This document shows, one piece after another, positions 18,124 through 28,812 of a stretch of 64,000 nt of DNA. The notes under the pieces are model-generated. The model was given only the letters and a program-made list of their open reading frames with translations, was not told where the DNA came from and made no database searches. Made by a program: the position numbers and the translations under genes. Numbering within the stretch: the first letter of the stretch is position 1; the number at the start of each line of letters is the position of its first letter. Origin of the DNA: an uncultured Acidimicrobiia bacterium (GTDB lineage: Bacteria > Actinomycetota > Acidimicrobiia > IMCC26256 > JAENVU01); assembly GCA_963820025.1 (NCBI GenBank), contig CAWFYL010000007.1, positions 798,693 through 862,692 on the forward strand, in the 5' to 3' direction.

Positions 18124-18756
18124 GTGCCGCCGCCCAGCTCGACGACCCGATTCCTGCTCGCCCGGCACGGCCAGTCGACCTGGAACGCCGACGGCCGCTG
18201 GCAGGGCCGGGCCGACCCGCCGCTGTCCGGGCTCGGCGCCCGCCAGGCCGAGGACGCGGCCGCCGTGCTGCAGGACGCGGACGGACCGGCCGGGACGATC
18301 GACTGCATCTGGGCCTCACCGCTGCAGCGGGCCCACCGCACGGCCGAGATCATCGGGGCCGGGCTCGACCTCCCGGTGTCGGTCGACCCCCGCCTGGTCG
18401 AGGTGGACGCCGGGGAGTGGACCGGCCTGACCCGGGTCGAGATCGAGGCCGAGTGGCCGGGCTACCTGGAGGAGCACCGCCGCCCGCCCGGGTTCGAGCC
18501 CCGCGACCGGCTGGCCGGGCGCGCGCTCGAGGCGATCGGCGACATCGCCCGGGCCGCGCCGGGCGCGTCCGTCCTGGTGGTGACCCACGGCGGCCTGATC
18601 GGCGCGGTGGAGGGCCACCTCGACGCCGCGTGGCTGCGCACCCCGAACCTCGGCGGCCGGATCGTCCACGACCGTGACGGCCGGCTCGAGCTCGGCGAGC
18701 GGATCCTGCTCGTGGACCCCGAGGACGTCGAGGTCACCACGCCCCACCAGGTCTAG
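18124..18756 (+). CDS. histidine phosphatase (phosphoglycerate mutase-like) family protein
   Basis: RFLLARHGQSTWN (RHG catalytic motif), SPLQRAHRTAEII and VVTHGGLI. Confidence 0.9.
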   Translation: MPPPSSTTRFLLARHGQSTWNADGRWQGRADPPLSGLGARQAEDAAAVLQDADGPAGTIDCIWASPLQRAHRTAEIIGAGLDLPVSVDPRLVEVDAGEWTGLTRVEIEAEWPGYLEEHRRPPGFEPRDRLAGRALEAIGDIARAAPGASVLVVTHGGLIGAVEGHLDAAWLRTPNLGGRIVHDRDGRLELGERILLVDPEDVEVTTPHQV

Positions 18757-18831
18757 CGCCACCGTCGTGGGGCGGGGAGCGGTCTGGATCTCCTAGAATG
18801 TCTGGTCCCCCCGACGCTCGGAGCCTTCTTC

Positions 18832-21137
18832 TTGTCCGACCGTTCCGATCCAGAGCTGGCCGCCGAGCAGGCGTACCTCGACGCGGTCTACGAGCGCCTC
18901 GACGCGATGCGCCGGGCGGCCGAGAGCGTGGCCGCGGCCTATGGGGACGTGCGGGCCGGCGGTACCCACCAGGCCCGGCTCGAGCGGGACATCGCGGTCG
19001 AGACGACCCATCGCCGGCTCGCGGCGCTCGACATCGGGGACACGCCGCTGTGCTTCGGCCGGATCGACCGGGTGGACGACACCCGCTTCTACGTGGGCCG
19101 GCTCGCGGTCGACGACGAGGACCGCACCCCGCTCGTCATCGACTGGCGGGCACCGGTCGCCGAGCCGTTCTACCGGGCGACCGCGCTCGACCCGATGGGC
19201 GTCCTGCGCCGCCGGCACCTCCTCACCCGCCACGGTCGCGAGGTCGTCGGCCTGGACGACGAGGTCTTCGACGCGGACGCGGTCGAGGCGGCGGGGCTCA
19301 AGGTCATCGGCGAGGGCGCGCTGCTGTCGGCGCTGGAGCGCAACCGGACCGGCCGCATGGCCGACATCGTGGCGACCATCCAGTCCGAGCAGGACGCGGC
19401 GGTCCGAGCGGACCTGGCCGGCGCGCTCGTGGTCGCGGGCGGACCGGGCACCGGCAAGACCGCGGTCGCCCTGCATCGCGCCGCCTACCTGCTCTACACC
19501 TTCCGCCGCCGGCTCGGTAGCCAGGGCGTGCTGCTCGTCGGACCGAGCCCGGTGTTCCTCCGCTACATCGAGCAGGTCCTGCCCTCGCTCGGCGAGCACG
19601 AGGTGCAGCTCGCGACGATCACGGGCCTCAAGCCCGGGTTGCACGCGGTCCGGCCCGAGGCGCCGGCGGTCGCGGCGGTGAAGGGTCGGGTCGCGATGGC
19701 GACCGTCCTCCGGCGCGCACTCGCCGATCGGGAGCGCCCGCCGCGCGCGGACGTCGACATCCGGATCGACGGTCTGCGGCTCCGCCTGACGAGGCGCGAG
19801 TGCCGCCGCGTGCTCGAGCGGACGCGCCGCCGCCGCGAAGCCCACAACGCGCTCCGCCCGCTCGTCGAGCGCAGCCTCCTCGACCGACTGGTCGCGCAGT
19901 ACCGGGCCGCGCTCGCGCGCACGCACCGCGAGGTGCTCGAGCTCGAGTACGTCGACGAGGAGGCGGGGTACGACGCGCAGGTCGCCGCGTCGCTCGCGCG
20001 CGGCGAACCGCCCCCACGCGAGTGGGAGCGCGAGCTGACCGGCCGGCTGCGCCGTCACCCCGAGGTCCGCAAGCTGCTCGAACGGATGTGGCCGGTGCTC
20101 ACCGGCCCCGAGCTGGTCCACGACCTGTGCAGCTTCCCCGGGCTCATCCGGTCCGCGGCCGACGGGGTGCTCTCCCGCGAGGAGCAGCGGCTGCTCTTCC
20201 GTCCGCGCTCGGAGCGCGTCGCCGCGGTGCCGTGGACCGATGCCGACGTCGCGTTGGTCGACGAGGCGGACGCGCTGCTCGGCCCGGTCGAGGCGGCGCG
20301 CCCCCGCGTCGGAACCGGCGATCGGACGAGCAGCGCCAGGCGGTCGAGGCGGCCCAGAGCGTGGTGCGCGAGCTCGGTCTCGGCGGCTACACGACGGCGT
20401 CCGCGCTGGCCGAGCGGTACGGCGAGGGCTCCGGCCGGAGCGACGAGGCGGTCCCCGAGCTGCGGACGTTCGGCCACGTGCTCGTCGACGAGGCGCAGGA
20501 TCTCACGCCGATGCAGTGGCGGATGCTCGGCCGGCGCTGCCCGAGCGGTTCGATGACGATCGTCGGCGACTTCGGCCAGGCCAGCCGGCCCGGAGCCGCG
20601 GGCGGGTGGGACGAGGTGCTCGGGCTCCTGCCGAGCCACGACCCGCCGGGGCGGGTCACGCTCACGGTCAACTACCGCACCCCGGCCGAGATCATGGACC
20701 TCGCGAACCGGCTGCTCTCGGTCGCGGCGTCGGGCGTCGAGCCGACCCAGTCCGTGCGCCGGACCGGGATCGCACCGCAGTTCACCCGGGTCGAGGACCT
20801 GGTCGCGGGCGCGGCGACGGCGGCGCGGTCGGCCCTCGCCCGCGGCGGCACGGTGGCGGTGATCGCGCCCGAGGACCTCCATGCTGCGCTGGTCGGCGCG
20901 CTCGCCGACGTGGGTGTCGTCGCCGACGCGGCCGAGGCGCTCGACGCACCGGTCGGTGTGCTCGTGGCGACGGACGCCAAGGGCCTCGAGTTCGACCACG
21001 TCGTCGTGGTCGAGCCGGCGCGTCTGGTGACCCCGGATTCGGCGGGCCTGCGCCTGCTCTACGTGACGCTCACCCGGGCGACGCAGACCCTGACGGTCGT
21101 GCACGCGGAGGGCCTCCCCGAGGCACTCGCGCCCTAG
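18832..21137 (+). pseudogene. helD: HelD-type (helicase IV-like, RNA-polymerase-associated) UvrD-family ATPase; one -1 type frame change near 20290-20320
   Basis: N-terminal YLDAVYERLD...FGRID...FYVGRLAV...PLVIDWRAPVAEPFY and Walker A AGGPGTGKTAVALHRAAYL are in ORF 18832... GHVLVDEAQDLTPMQWRML...MTIVGDFGQA...NYRTP...KGLEFDHVVVVEP...LYVTLTRAT is in ORF 19800..21137. Length is 3n+2. TTG start. Confidence 0.8.
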
Positions 21138-21374
21138 TGGTGCGTCGGGCAATCGCTGCGGGGGGTCACGCCGGTCGGTGACGGCGCTCGCGGCGTCCTC
21201 GTCCTCGACGCAGAAGCCCACTGCGTCTTCGTCCTGCGTCCTTGCCAGCACCGCCTCCGCCTCGCCGTGCCCACCCCGTTGATCACCAGACGCACCACCG
21301 GGGCATCAGGCTGGGTCGCTCCGGGCTCGGCGTCGGCCGCGACCCAGGTGCGCCACGCCCTACGCTCGGCTGAC

Positions 21375-23186
21375 ATGACGACAACCGAGACGGACTTCAC
21401 CGCGGCGGACGTCGCGTGGGACCTCGAGCCGCTGGTCGAAGGACGCGGGGTCGAGGGCGTCGACGCGGCGCTCGACGCGGCCGACGCGCTGGCCGCGAGC
21501 ATCGAGGCGCGCCGCGGCACCGTGGCCGACCTGGACGCGGGCGGCCTGGCCGAGCTGATGCAGGAGCAGGCGGAGCTGGCCGAGCTGGTCGGCAAGGCCG
21601 GCTCGTACGCCGGGTTGCGCTTCGCGGTGGACACCGCGGATCCCGAGCTCGGCGCGCTCATGCAGCGCGTCGAGGAGCGGGCGACCGCGATCAACACGCG
21701 GGTGCTCTTCTTCGAGCTCGAGTGGGCGGCGCTGCCCGACGAGCGGGTCGACGAGCTGCTTGCCGACGAACGGCTCGCCTTCGCGCGTCACCACCTCCGC
21801 TCGGCCCGGCGCTACCGGCCGCATCTGCTCTCGGAGCCGGAGGAGAAGATCCTCGCGGAGAAGGACGTGACCGGCTCGAGCGCGTGGTCGCGGCTGTTCG
21901 ACGAGCTGACGTCGACGATCACGCTCGATCTCGACGGTGAGACGGTCGGTCTCGAGCAGGGGCTGTCGCGGCTCGCGTCACCCGACCGGTCGGTGCGCCA
22001 GCAGGCCGCGGCCGCGGTGACCGAGGGCCTGGCCCCCGGGCTGCGCACGCGCGCGTTCGTGTTCAACACGCTCCTCGCCGACAAGGCGACCGACGATCGC
22101 CTCCGGTCGTTCGGCGGCTGGATCGCGAGCCGGAACCTCGCCAACGAGGCGAGCGACGAGTCGGTGCAGGCGCTCGTCGACGCGGTGCAGGGGCGCAACG
22201 ACATCCCCCGACGCTGGTACTCGCTGAAGGCCCAGCTCCTCGGCCTGGACCGCCTCGCCGACTACGACCGCATGGCGTCGGTCGCCACGTCGGACGCGGA
22301 GTTCGGTTGGGACGAGGCTCGCGGTCTCGTGCTCGACGCCTACGCCTCGTTCTCACCCGAGCTCGCCGACGTCGCGCAACGGTTCTTCACCGAGCACTGG
22401 ATCGACGCGCCGATGCGGCCCGGCAAGCGACCGGGCGCGTTCTGCGCGTACACGGTCCCGTCCCAGCACCCGTTCCTGCTGCTGAACTGGACGTCGCGCC
22501 GGCGTGACGTGCTCACGCTCGCGCACGAGATGGGCCACGGCCTGCACGCGTACCTCGCGCGTGGCCAGGGCGTGTTCCACCAGGGGACGCCGCTGACCCT
22601 GGCCGAGACCGCGTCGGTGTTCGGCGAGACGGTCACGTTCGGTCGGCTCCTCGACGCGACCGATGACCCCGAGGACCGGCTCACGCTGCTCGCCGAGAGC
22701 CTCGAGGGTCAGATCGCCACCGTCTTCCGACAGATCGCGATGAACCGCTTCGAGAACGCGGTGCACACCGCGCGCCGCGAGCAGGGCGAGCTGAGCGTCG
22801 ACGACTTCAACCGGCACTGGACCGAGAGCCAGGCCGCGATGCTCGGGGACTCGGTCGAGCTGACCGAGGGCTACGCCACCTGGTGGTCCTACGTGCCCCA
22901 CTTCATCGGGACGCCGGGCTACGTCTACGCGTACGCGTACGGCCAGCTGCTCGCGCTCTCGGTCTACCGGCAGTACCAGGAGCAGGGCGAGGCCTTCGTC
23001 GGCTCGTACCTCGAGCTGCTGGCCCGCGGTGGGTCGCTCCCGCCCGAGGAGCTGGGCAAGATCGTCGGCGTGGACCTCGCCGACCCGGCCTTCTGGGACG
23101 GCGGACTGAACATCGTCGAGCAGCAGCTCGAAGCGGCCGAGGTCGCGGCGCTCGCCACCGGGCGCGTCACCATCCCCGCGCCGTGA
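21375..23186 (+). CDS. pepF: M3-family oligoendopeptidase F (PepF-like)
   Basis: HEMGHGLH zinc motif and about 600 aa of M3B architecture. ATG 21375 within ORF 21267..23186. Confidence 0.9.
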   Translation: MTTTETDFTAADVAWDLEPLVEGRGVEGVDAALDAADALAASIEARRGTVADLDAGGLAELMQEQAELAELVGKAGSYAGLRFAVDTADPELGALMQRVEERATAINTRVLFFELEWAALPDERVDELLADERLAFARHHLRSARRYRPHLLSEPEEKILAEKDVTGSSAWSRLFDELTSTITLDLDGETVGLEQGLSRLASPDRSVRQQAAAAVTEGLAPGLRTRAFVFNTLLADKATDDRLRSFGGWIASRNLANEASDESVQALVDAVQGRNDIPRRWYSLKAQLLGLDRLADYDRMASVATSDAEFGWDEARGLVLDAYASFSPELADVAQRFFTEHWIDAPMRPGKRPGAFCAYTVPSQHPFLLLNWTSRRRDVLTLAHEMGHGLHAYLARGQGVFHQGTPLTLAETASVFGETVTFGRLLDATDDPEDRLTLLAESLEGQIATVFRQIAMNRFENAVHTARREQGELSVDDFNRHWTESQAAMLGDSVELTEGYATWWSYVPHFIGTPGYVYAYAYGQLLALSVYRQYQEQGEAFVGSYLELLARGGSLPPEELGKIVGVDLADPAFWDGGLNIVEQQLEAAEVAALATGRVTIPAP

Positions 23187-24001
23187 CGCTCGCGCCGGGC
23201 CCGCTTCTGGCGGGCCGGGTCGCCCTGGTGACCGGAGGCGGCGGCGGGATCGGCCGCGGGATCGCGGAGGGGTTCGCGGCCCACGGCGCGCGGGTGGTCG
23301 TCGCCGAGATCAACCCCGAGCGGGCCGAGGAGACCGTCGCCGCGATCACCGCGGCGGGCGGCGACGCGATGGGCGAGATCGTGGACGTCGGCGACGAGGC
23401 CGCGGTCACCGACCTCGCGTTGGCGGTCGGACCGGTGGACGTCCTCGTCAACAACGTCGGTCACTACCTGCCCGGGAACGGCGACTTCCTCACCAGCACC
23501 TCGGACGAGTGGCGCGCGCTGTACCGCGTCAACCTCGAGCACGTGTTCCTCTGCACGCGCGCGTTCGTCCCCGGGATGGTCGAGCGCAAGCGGGGGAGCG
23601 TGATCAACGTGTCGAGCGTCGAGGCGTTCCGCGCGATTCCGCGCCGGCCCGTCTACAGCGCGTTCAAGGGGGCCGTCACCCAGTTCACGAAGAGCCTCGC
23701 GGTGGAGCTCGGCAACGACGGCGTGCGGGTGAACGCGATCGCGCCCGATCTCACCGAGACGATCCAGGTGCCGTACTCCCGCTGGGTCACCGCCGAGCAA
23801 CGCCCGCTGATCCCACACTGGGTGCCCGTCGGCCGCTTCGGCACCCCCGACGACATCGCCGGCGTCGCGCTGTTCCTCGCATCCGACCTCTCGGCGTTCG
23901 TGACCGGCACCACCGTCCATGCCGACGGCGGCAGTCTCGCCGCCGGCGGCTGGTTCCGCCGCCCCGACGGCACCTGGACCAACCGGCCCACAATTTCCTG
24001 A
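23183..24001 (+). CDS. SDR family oxidoreductase
   Basis: VALVTGGGGGIGRGIA, NNVG and YSAFKGAV. GTG 23183 overlaps the pepF stop (GTGA). Confidence 0.85.
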   Translation: MTLAPGPLLAGRVALVTGGGGGIGRGIAEGFAAHGARVVVAEINPERAEETVAAITAAGGDAMGEIVDVGDEAAVTDLALAVGPVDVLVNNVGHYLPGNGDFLTSTSDEWRALYRVNLEHVFLCTRAFVPGMVERKRGSVINVSSVEAFRAIPRRPVYSAFKGAVTQFTKSLAVELGNDGVRVNAIAPDLTETIQVPYSRWVTAEQRPLIPHWVPVGRFGTPDDIAGVALFLASDLSAFVTGTTVHADGGSLAAGGWFRRPDGTWTNRPTIS

Positions 24002-24037
24002 GCGTCCGGACTCGCGACGACTCCGGCCGCTCAGGAA

Positions 24038-25735
24038 TCAGAAACGCGCGAGCTCGCGCTTGAGCTGGTCGAGGCCCATGCTGCCGAGGTCGAGGCCGTA
24101 CTTGTGCCAGGCCTTGAGGTCGAAGCCGTCGCCGTGGCGGCGCTTGGCGTCGTCCCGGGCGTCGAGCCACACGCGCTCGCCGACCTTGTAGCTGATGGCC
24201 TGGCCGGGAAGACCGAGGTAGCGGTCGACCTCGCTGCGCATGAAGTCCTCGGGGAACATGCTGCGCTCGATCACGAACGGCAGCGCGAGCTCGGGCGTCC
24301 AGCGCTCGCCGGGGTGGTACCGCTCGTCGTCGGGGATCGTCAGCTCGAGGTGCATGCCGATGTCGACGACGACGCGCACCGCGCGCATGGCCTGGGCCCG
24401 GAGCATCCCGAGCTCGTAGTCCGCGACGTCGAGGTAGCCGAGCTCGCCCATGAGCCGTTCGGCGTACAGCGCCCAGCCCTCGCCGTGGCCCGACACCCAG
24501 CCGAGCGTGCGCTGGTAGCGGTTCAGCTGGTCGGCCAGGTACCGCACCTCGCCCACCTGCAGGTGATGGCCGGGGACGCCCTCGTGGTAGCAGATCGAGA
24601 CCTCGCCCCAGAGCGGGAAGCGCGTCTTGCCGAGCGTCGGGTACCAGGTCCGCCCGGGACGGGAGAAGTCCTCGGACGGGCCGGTGTAGTACATCGCCGC
24701 CGCGCCCCCGGGCTCCGCGATCATCGCCTCGACCCGCTGCACCGGCTCGGGGATGTCGAAGTGGATGCCGTTCAGCTCGGCGATCGTCGTGTCCATGAGG
24801 TCCTGCAGCCAGGCGCGCAGGTTGTCCTCGCCCTCGATCGAGCGCGCCGGATCCGTCTCGAGCAGCTCGATGACCTCGCCGATCGACTCCCCGGGAAGGA
24901 TCCGCTCGCCGACCGAGCGCATCGCGTGCTCGATGCGGTGCAGCTCGTGCCAGCCCCACGCGTACGTCTCGAGCAGGTCGAGCTCGGTCCCGTTGAACAC
25001 CCGCGCCCACACCGCGTAGCGCTCCGCGCCGACCGGGTCCTTCTCCGACGCGTGCGGCGAGTACTCGTCCACGAGGTAGCGCGCGAAGGACGCGTACGCG
25101 GCGGTGGCGTCATCCGCCTTCTCGACGAGCGTGGCGCGCAGCCCGGGCGACCCGATGCCCGACGCGTCGAACCGCTCGACGAGGCTCTGGAAGAACGGGG
25201 TGCTCTTCGCGTCGCCCGTCCCCGCCCAGATCTCGGCCTGTTGCACGCAGCCGACGACCTGGCGCCGGGCCGCGACGAGCCCCTGCGCGATGCCCTCGTC
25301 GTACGCGGCCTGCAGGCCCGCGAGGCCCTCGCGCACCAACCCGACGCGCGCGGTGATCGTCTCCCAGTCGTGCTCGGTGTCGGTCGGCATCTGGTCGAAG
25401 ACCATCCGGATGCCCTGGACCGGCGATCCGAGCACGTTGAGGTCGCGCAGGTGCTCGCCGAGCTCGTAGAGCGCGACGTTGATCGAGAGGCGGTCGCTCA
25501 TCATCTCCGCCGCGACGCGCTCCTGCTCCGACGCCGGGCTCACCCCGTCGAGCGTGCGCAGGGTGGCGCGGTCGAGCTCCATCCGCTCCTCGGCCGCGTC
25601 GGGGGCGTAGTCGGTCATCTCGGTGTCGTGCTCGGCGATCCCCTCGAGGGTGGCGCCGACGGGATCGAGGCTCGCGTGCCGGTCGACGTAGTGGTCGGCG
25701 ATCGCGGCGACCGCGTGATCGTTGCGTTCGGGCAC
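24038..25735 (-). CDS. DUF885 family protein (putative metallopeptidase-like)
   Basis: Intact 565-aa [14 protein letters not shown] and GEGWALYAE motifs are characteristic of DUF885. Confidence 0.85.
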   Translation of the reverse strand: MPERNDHAVAAIADHYVDRHASLDPVGATLEGIAEHDTEMTDYAPDAAEERMELDRATLRTLDGVSPASEQERVAAEMMSDRLSINVALYELGEHLRDLNVLGSPVQGIRMVFDQMPTDTEHDWETITARVGLVREGLAGLQAAYDEGIAQGLVAARRQVVGCVQQAEIWAGTGDAKSTPFFQSLVERFDASGIGSPGLRATLVEKADDATAAYASFARYLVDEYSPHASEKDPVGAERYAVWARVFNGTELDLLETYAWGWHELHRIEHAMRSVGERILPGESIGEVIELLETDPARSIEGEDNLRAWLQDLMDTTIAELNGIHFDIPEPVQRVEAMIAEPGGAAAMYYTGPSEDFSRPGRTWYPTLGKTRFPLWGEVSICYHEGVPGHHLQVGEVRYLADQLNRYQRTLGWVSGHGEGWALYAERLMGELGYLDVADYELGMLRAQAMRAVRVVVDIGMHLELTIPDDERYHPGERWTPELALPFVIERSMFPEDFMRSEVDRYLGLPGQAISYKVGERVWLDARDDAKRRHGDGFDLKAWHKYGLDLGSMGLDQLKRELARF

Positions 25736-25869
25736 GGGCTGCTCCTCCGGGGACGTCCGGGCGATCTTACGAGCCCGGCCCGACGACGCTCCGGGTCCGC
25801 ACGCAGCCCCGCGTGGGTTCCGGAGCGCGGCGGACCCCGCGCTACCGTCCGGCCGTCGAGGAGGGGAAC

Positions 25870-27268
25870 ATGGCGGAACGGACGACGCGCACCGAAAGCG
25901 ACAGCATGGGCCCGATCGAGGTGGGGAGCGACCGCTACTGGGGGGCGCAGACCCAGCGCTCGCTGCACCACTTCACGGTGGGCGACGACCGCATGCCGGA
26001 CGCGGTGATCCGCTCGATGGCGGTGCTCAAGAAGGCCGCCGCGGGTGTGAACCGCGACCTCGGCAAGCTCTCCGACGAGTACGCCGACCTGATCTGTCGC
26101 GCCTCGGACGAGATCATCGCGGGGGAGCTCGACGACCACTTCCCGCTGTTCGTCTGGCAGACCGGATCCGGCACGCAGACGAACATGAACGTCAACGAGG
26201 TCATCTCGAACCGGGCGATCGAGCTCGCGGGCGGGAAGCGGGGCAGCAAGAGTCCGATCCATCCGAACGACCACGTGAACATGTCGCAGTCGTCGAACGA
26301 CACGTTCCCGACGGCCATGAACATCGCCGCGGTCGAGGAGGTGACGAACCGGCTCGTCCCGTCGGTCCGGGCACTGCGCGACGCGCTCGCGAAGCGGGTC
26401 GAGGACTTCGCCGACATCGTGAAGATCGGCCGGACCCACCTGCAGGACGCGGTGCCGCTCACCCTCGGCCAGGAATTCTCGGGCTACGTCGCCCAGCTCG
26501 ATGCCGACATCGAGCGCATCGAGGTCGCCATCCGGGGCCTGTTCGAGCTCGCGATCGGTGGTACCGCGGTCGGCACCGGCCTGAACACGCACCCGGAGTT
26601 CGCGGATCGCGCCGCGTCGAAGATCGCCGAGATCACCGGGCTGCCGTTCACCTCCGCCGCGCAACAAGTTCGCCGCGCTGGCCTCGCACGACGATCTCGT
26701 CTTCGCGAGTGGCGCGCTGCGAACCCTCGCCGTGAGCCTCATGAAGATCGCCAACGACATCCGGTGGCTCGGCTCCGGCCCGCGCGCGGGTCTCGGCGAG
26801 CTGATCCTGCCCGAGAACGAGCCCGGTTCCTCGATCATGCCGGGCAAGGTGAACCCGACGCAGTCCGAGGCGCTCACGATGGTCTGCGTGCAGGTGCTCG
26901 GCAACGACACCGCCACGTCGATCGCCGGCTCGATGGGCAACTTCGAGCTCAACGTGTTCAAGCCGGTGATGATCTTCAACTTCCTGCACTCGGTCGACCT
27001 GCTGACCGACGCGTGCGCCAACTTCCGCCGGTTCTGCGTCGAGGGCCTCGAGCCGAACCTCGAGCAGATCGCGGAGTACGTCCGCGACTCGCTCATGGTC
27101 GTGACCGCGCTGAACCCGGTCATCGGCTACGACAAGGCCGCCGCCATCGCGAAGCAGGCCCACAAGGACAAGACCACGCTCCGGGAGGCGGCGATCGCGT
27201 CCGGGCACCTCACCGCCGAGGAGTTCGACGCCGCGGTGCGCCCCGAGGAGATGATCGCCCCGAAGTAG
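25870..27268 (+). pseudogene. fumC: class II fumarate hydratase; single frame change near 26655-26665
   Basis: [18 protein letters not shown]...[13 protein letters not shown]...[11 protein letters not shown] is in ORF 25813... [16 protein letters not shown] (the fumarase signature) is in ORF 26732..27268. The junction is ...[21 protein letters not shown]. Length is 3n+1. Confidence 0.9.
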
Positions 27269-27310
27269 GGCGGCCGGGACCGGCGCCCCACCGGATGGCA
27301 GGATCTCGCG

Positions 27311-28105
27311 ATGCGCATCACCGACGCCCACGCGATCGTCACCGGGGGCTCCCAGGGCATCGGCCTGGCCACGGCTCGGATCCTCGCCGCCCGCGGGGCT
27401 CGGGTCTCGCTGATCGCCCGCGACACCCCGCGCCTGGTACAGGCCGCGGCCGCGGTCGGCCCGGGCACCGTGGTCGCGCCTGCCGACGTCACCGACGAGC
27501 GCGCGGTGTCGAGCGCGATCGCCGATGCCGTCGCCGCGCAGGGGCCCTGTGACCTCCTCGTCACCTCGGCCGGAGCGTCGCACCCGGGCTACTTCGTCGA
27601 CCTCGAGGTCGAGGACTTCCACGCGCAGATGGAGCTGAACTACTTCGGCACCCTGCTCCCGATCCGTGCCGTGCTCGGGTCGATGCTCGAGCGGCACCGG
27701 GGCACGATCGTCGGCATCTCCTCCGCCGCGGGGCTCGTCGGCGTGTTCGGGTTCGGCGCGTACGCCCCGTCGAAGTACGCGGTGCGGGGGCTCATGGACG
27801 CGCTCCGGGCCGAGGTCGGAGCACGGGGCGTGTTCGTCGCGTGCGCGTTCCCGCCCGACACCCTGACGCCCGGCTTCGAGACCGAGAACCGCATCAAGCC
27901 GGCCGAGACCGCGGCCGTGTCCGCCGGGATCAAGCCGCGGCTCGCCGAGGAGATCGGCGCCGGTCTGGTGCGCGGGATCGAGCGGGACCGGCACGTCATC
28001 ACGTTCGACCCGCAGACCGCGCTCCTGGCCCGGGGTGGCGGGCTCGTCGCGCCGATCGCGTACCGCCTCATGGGCCGAGAGGTGCGCAAGATCACACGTC
28101 CGTAG
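27311..28105 (+). CDS. SDR family oxidoreductase (3-ketosphinganine-reductase-like subgroup)
   Basis: [26 protein letters not shown]; intact 264 aa. Confidence 0.85.
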   Translation: MRITDAHAIVTGGSQGIGLATARILAARGARVSLIARDTPRLVQAAAAVGPGTVVAPADVTDERAVSSAIADAVAAQGPCDLLVTSAGASHPGYFVDLEVEDFHAQMELNYFGTLLPIRAVLGSMLERHRGTIVGISSAAGLVGVFGFGAYAPSKYAVRGLMDALRAEVGARGVFVACAFPPDTLTPGFETENRIKPAETAAVSAGIKPRLAEEIGAGLVRGIERDRHVITFDPQTALLARGGGLVAPIAYRLMGREVRKITRP

Positions 28106-28146
28106 AATGGTGGTGACCCGCCCCCGGACTGCAGAGGACCCAATCG

Positions 28147-28635
28147 ATGGCGATCTACGACGTCAAGGTGAACCAGCTCGACGGCACCACGGCCTCCCTC
28201 GGTGACTACAAGGGCAAGGCGCTGCTCATCGTGAACGTCGCCTCCCACTGCGGGCTCACCCCGCAGTACGAGGGCCTCGAGAAGCTGCACGAGACGCTCG
28301 GAGACCGCGGCTTCGAGGTCCTCGGGTTCCCGTGCAACCAGTTCCTCGAGCAGGAGCCGGGCACGGCCGAGGAGATCCGGGAGTTCTGCACCGTCAACTA
28401 CGGGGTGGAGTTCCCGCTGTTCGAGAAGATCGAGGTCAACGGCGAGGGCCAGCACCCGCTGTACCAGCAGCTGAACGCGGTGGCCGACGCCGAGGGCTAC
28501 ACCGGCGACATCCGGTGGAACTTCGAGAAGTTCCTGGTCTCGCCCGCCGGCGAGGTCGTCGGCCGGTTCAACCCGACCGTGACCCCCGAGGACCCGGCCC
28601 TGGTCTCCGCCATCGAAGCCCAGCTCCCGAGCTAG
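28147..28635 (+). CDS. glutathione peroxidase family protein
   Basis: LIVNVASHCGLTPQY, GFPCNQF and WNFEKFLV are GPx signatures. Confidence 0.95.
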   Translation: MAIYDVKVNQLDGTTASLGDYKGKALLIVNVASHCGLTPQYEGLEKLHETLGDRGFEVLGFPCNQFLEQEPGTAEEIREFCTVNYGVEFPLFEKIEVNGEGQHPLYQQLNAVADAEGYTGDIRWNFEKFLVSPAGEVVGRFNPTVTPEDPALVSAIEAQLPS

Positions 28636-28640
28636 CCAAG

Positions 28641-28708
28641 CCGAGCGGCCGCAACGGTGCTCGCGGCAGGCAGGTCAATGCCGATGCTTCCCGCCGCAGC
28701 CCGGGGCC
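28641..28708 (-). repeat. repeat family A, solitary copy
   Basis: CCGAGCGGCCGCAAC...GCCGATGCTTCCCGCC...CCGGGGCC aligns with the unit at 60967-61218 in the same orientation. It starts 6 nt after the gpx stop. Confidence 0.7.
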
Positions 28709-28774
28709 AGGGCCGCTCAGGAGAGAAAAGCCGGGTACCCTGGTCGGGAATAGGAGGGCAGAGGCGCCGGTTCA

Positions 28775-28808
28775 CTCCGATCGCGTAATCCTGTAATCAC
28801 GATCGGAG
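28775..28808 (+). promoter_or_regulatory. anti-SD/SD hairpin (or inverted-repeat operator) immediately upstream of lon
   Basis: CTCCGATCG (28775-28783) pairs perfectly with CGATCGGAG (28800-28808). The 3' arm contains the GGAG Shine-Dalgarno 4 nt before the lon ATG at 28813. The 16-nt AU-rich loop carries a GTAATC direct repeat. Confidence 0.5.
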
Positions 28809-28812
28809 AACC

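Noticed and set aside
18757-18831. Rifamycin-associated element (RAE) upstream of the HelD/HelR-like gene
   Set aside because: Only a TAGAAT -10-like hexamer is visible, with no palindrome. I cannot reproduce the RAE consensus reliably from memory, so I make no claim.
21137-21298. 10-bp long-range helix (GTGGTGCGTC ... GACGCACCAC) enclosing hairpins in the 237-bp helD-pepF spacer as a structured sRNA
   Set aside because: My rough estimate is that several perfect 10-mers within 150 nt are expected by chance in the intergenic DNA of a genome this GC-rich. The inner helices are weak and I recognise no known RNA family.
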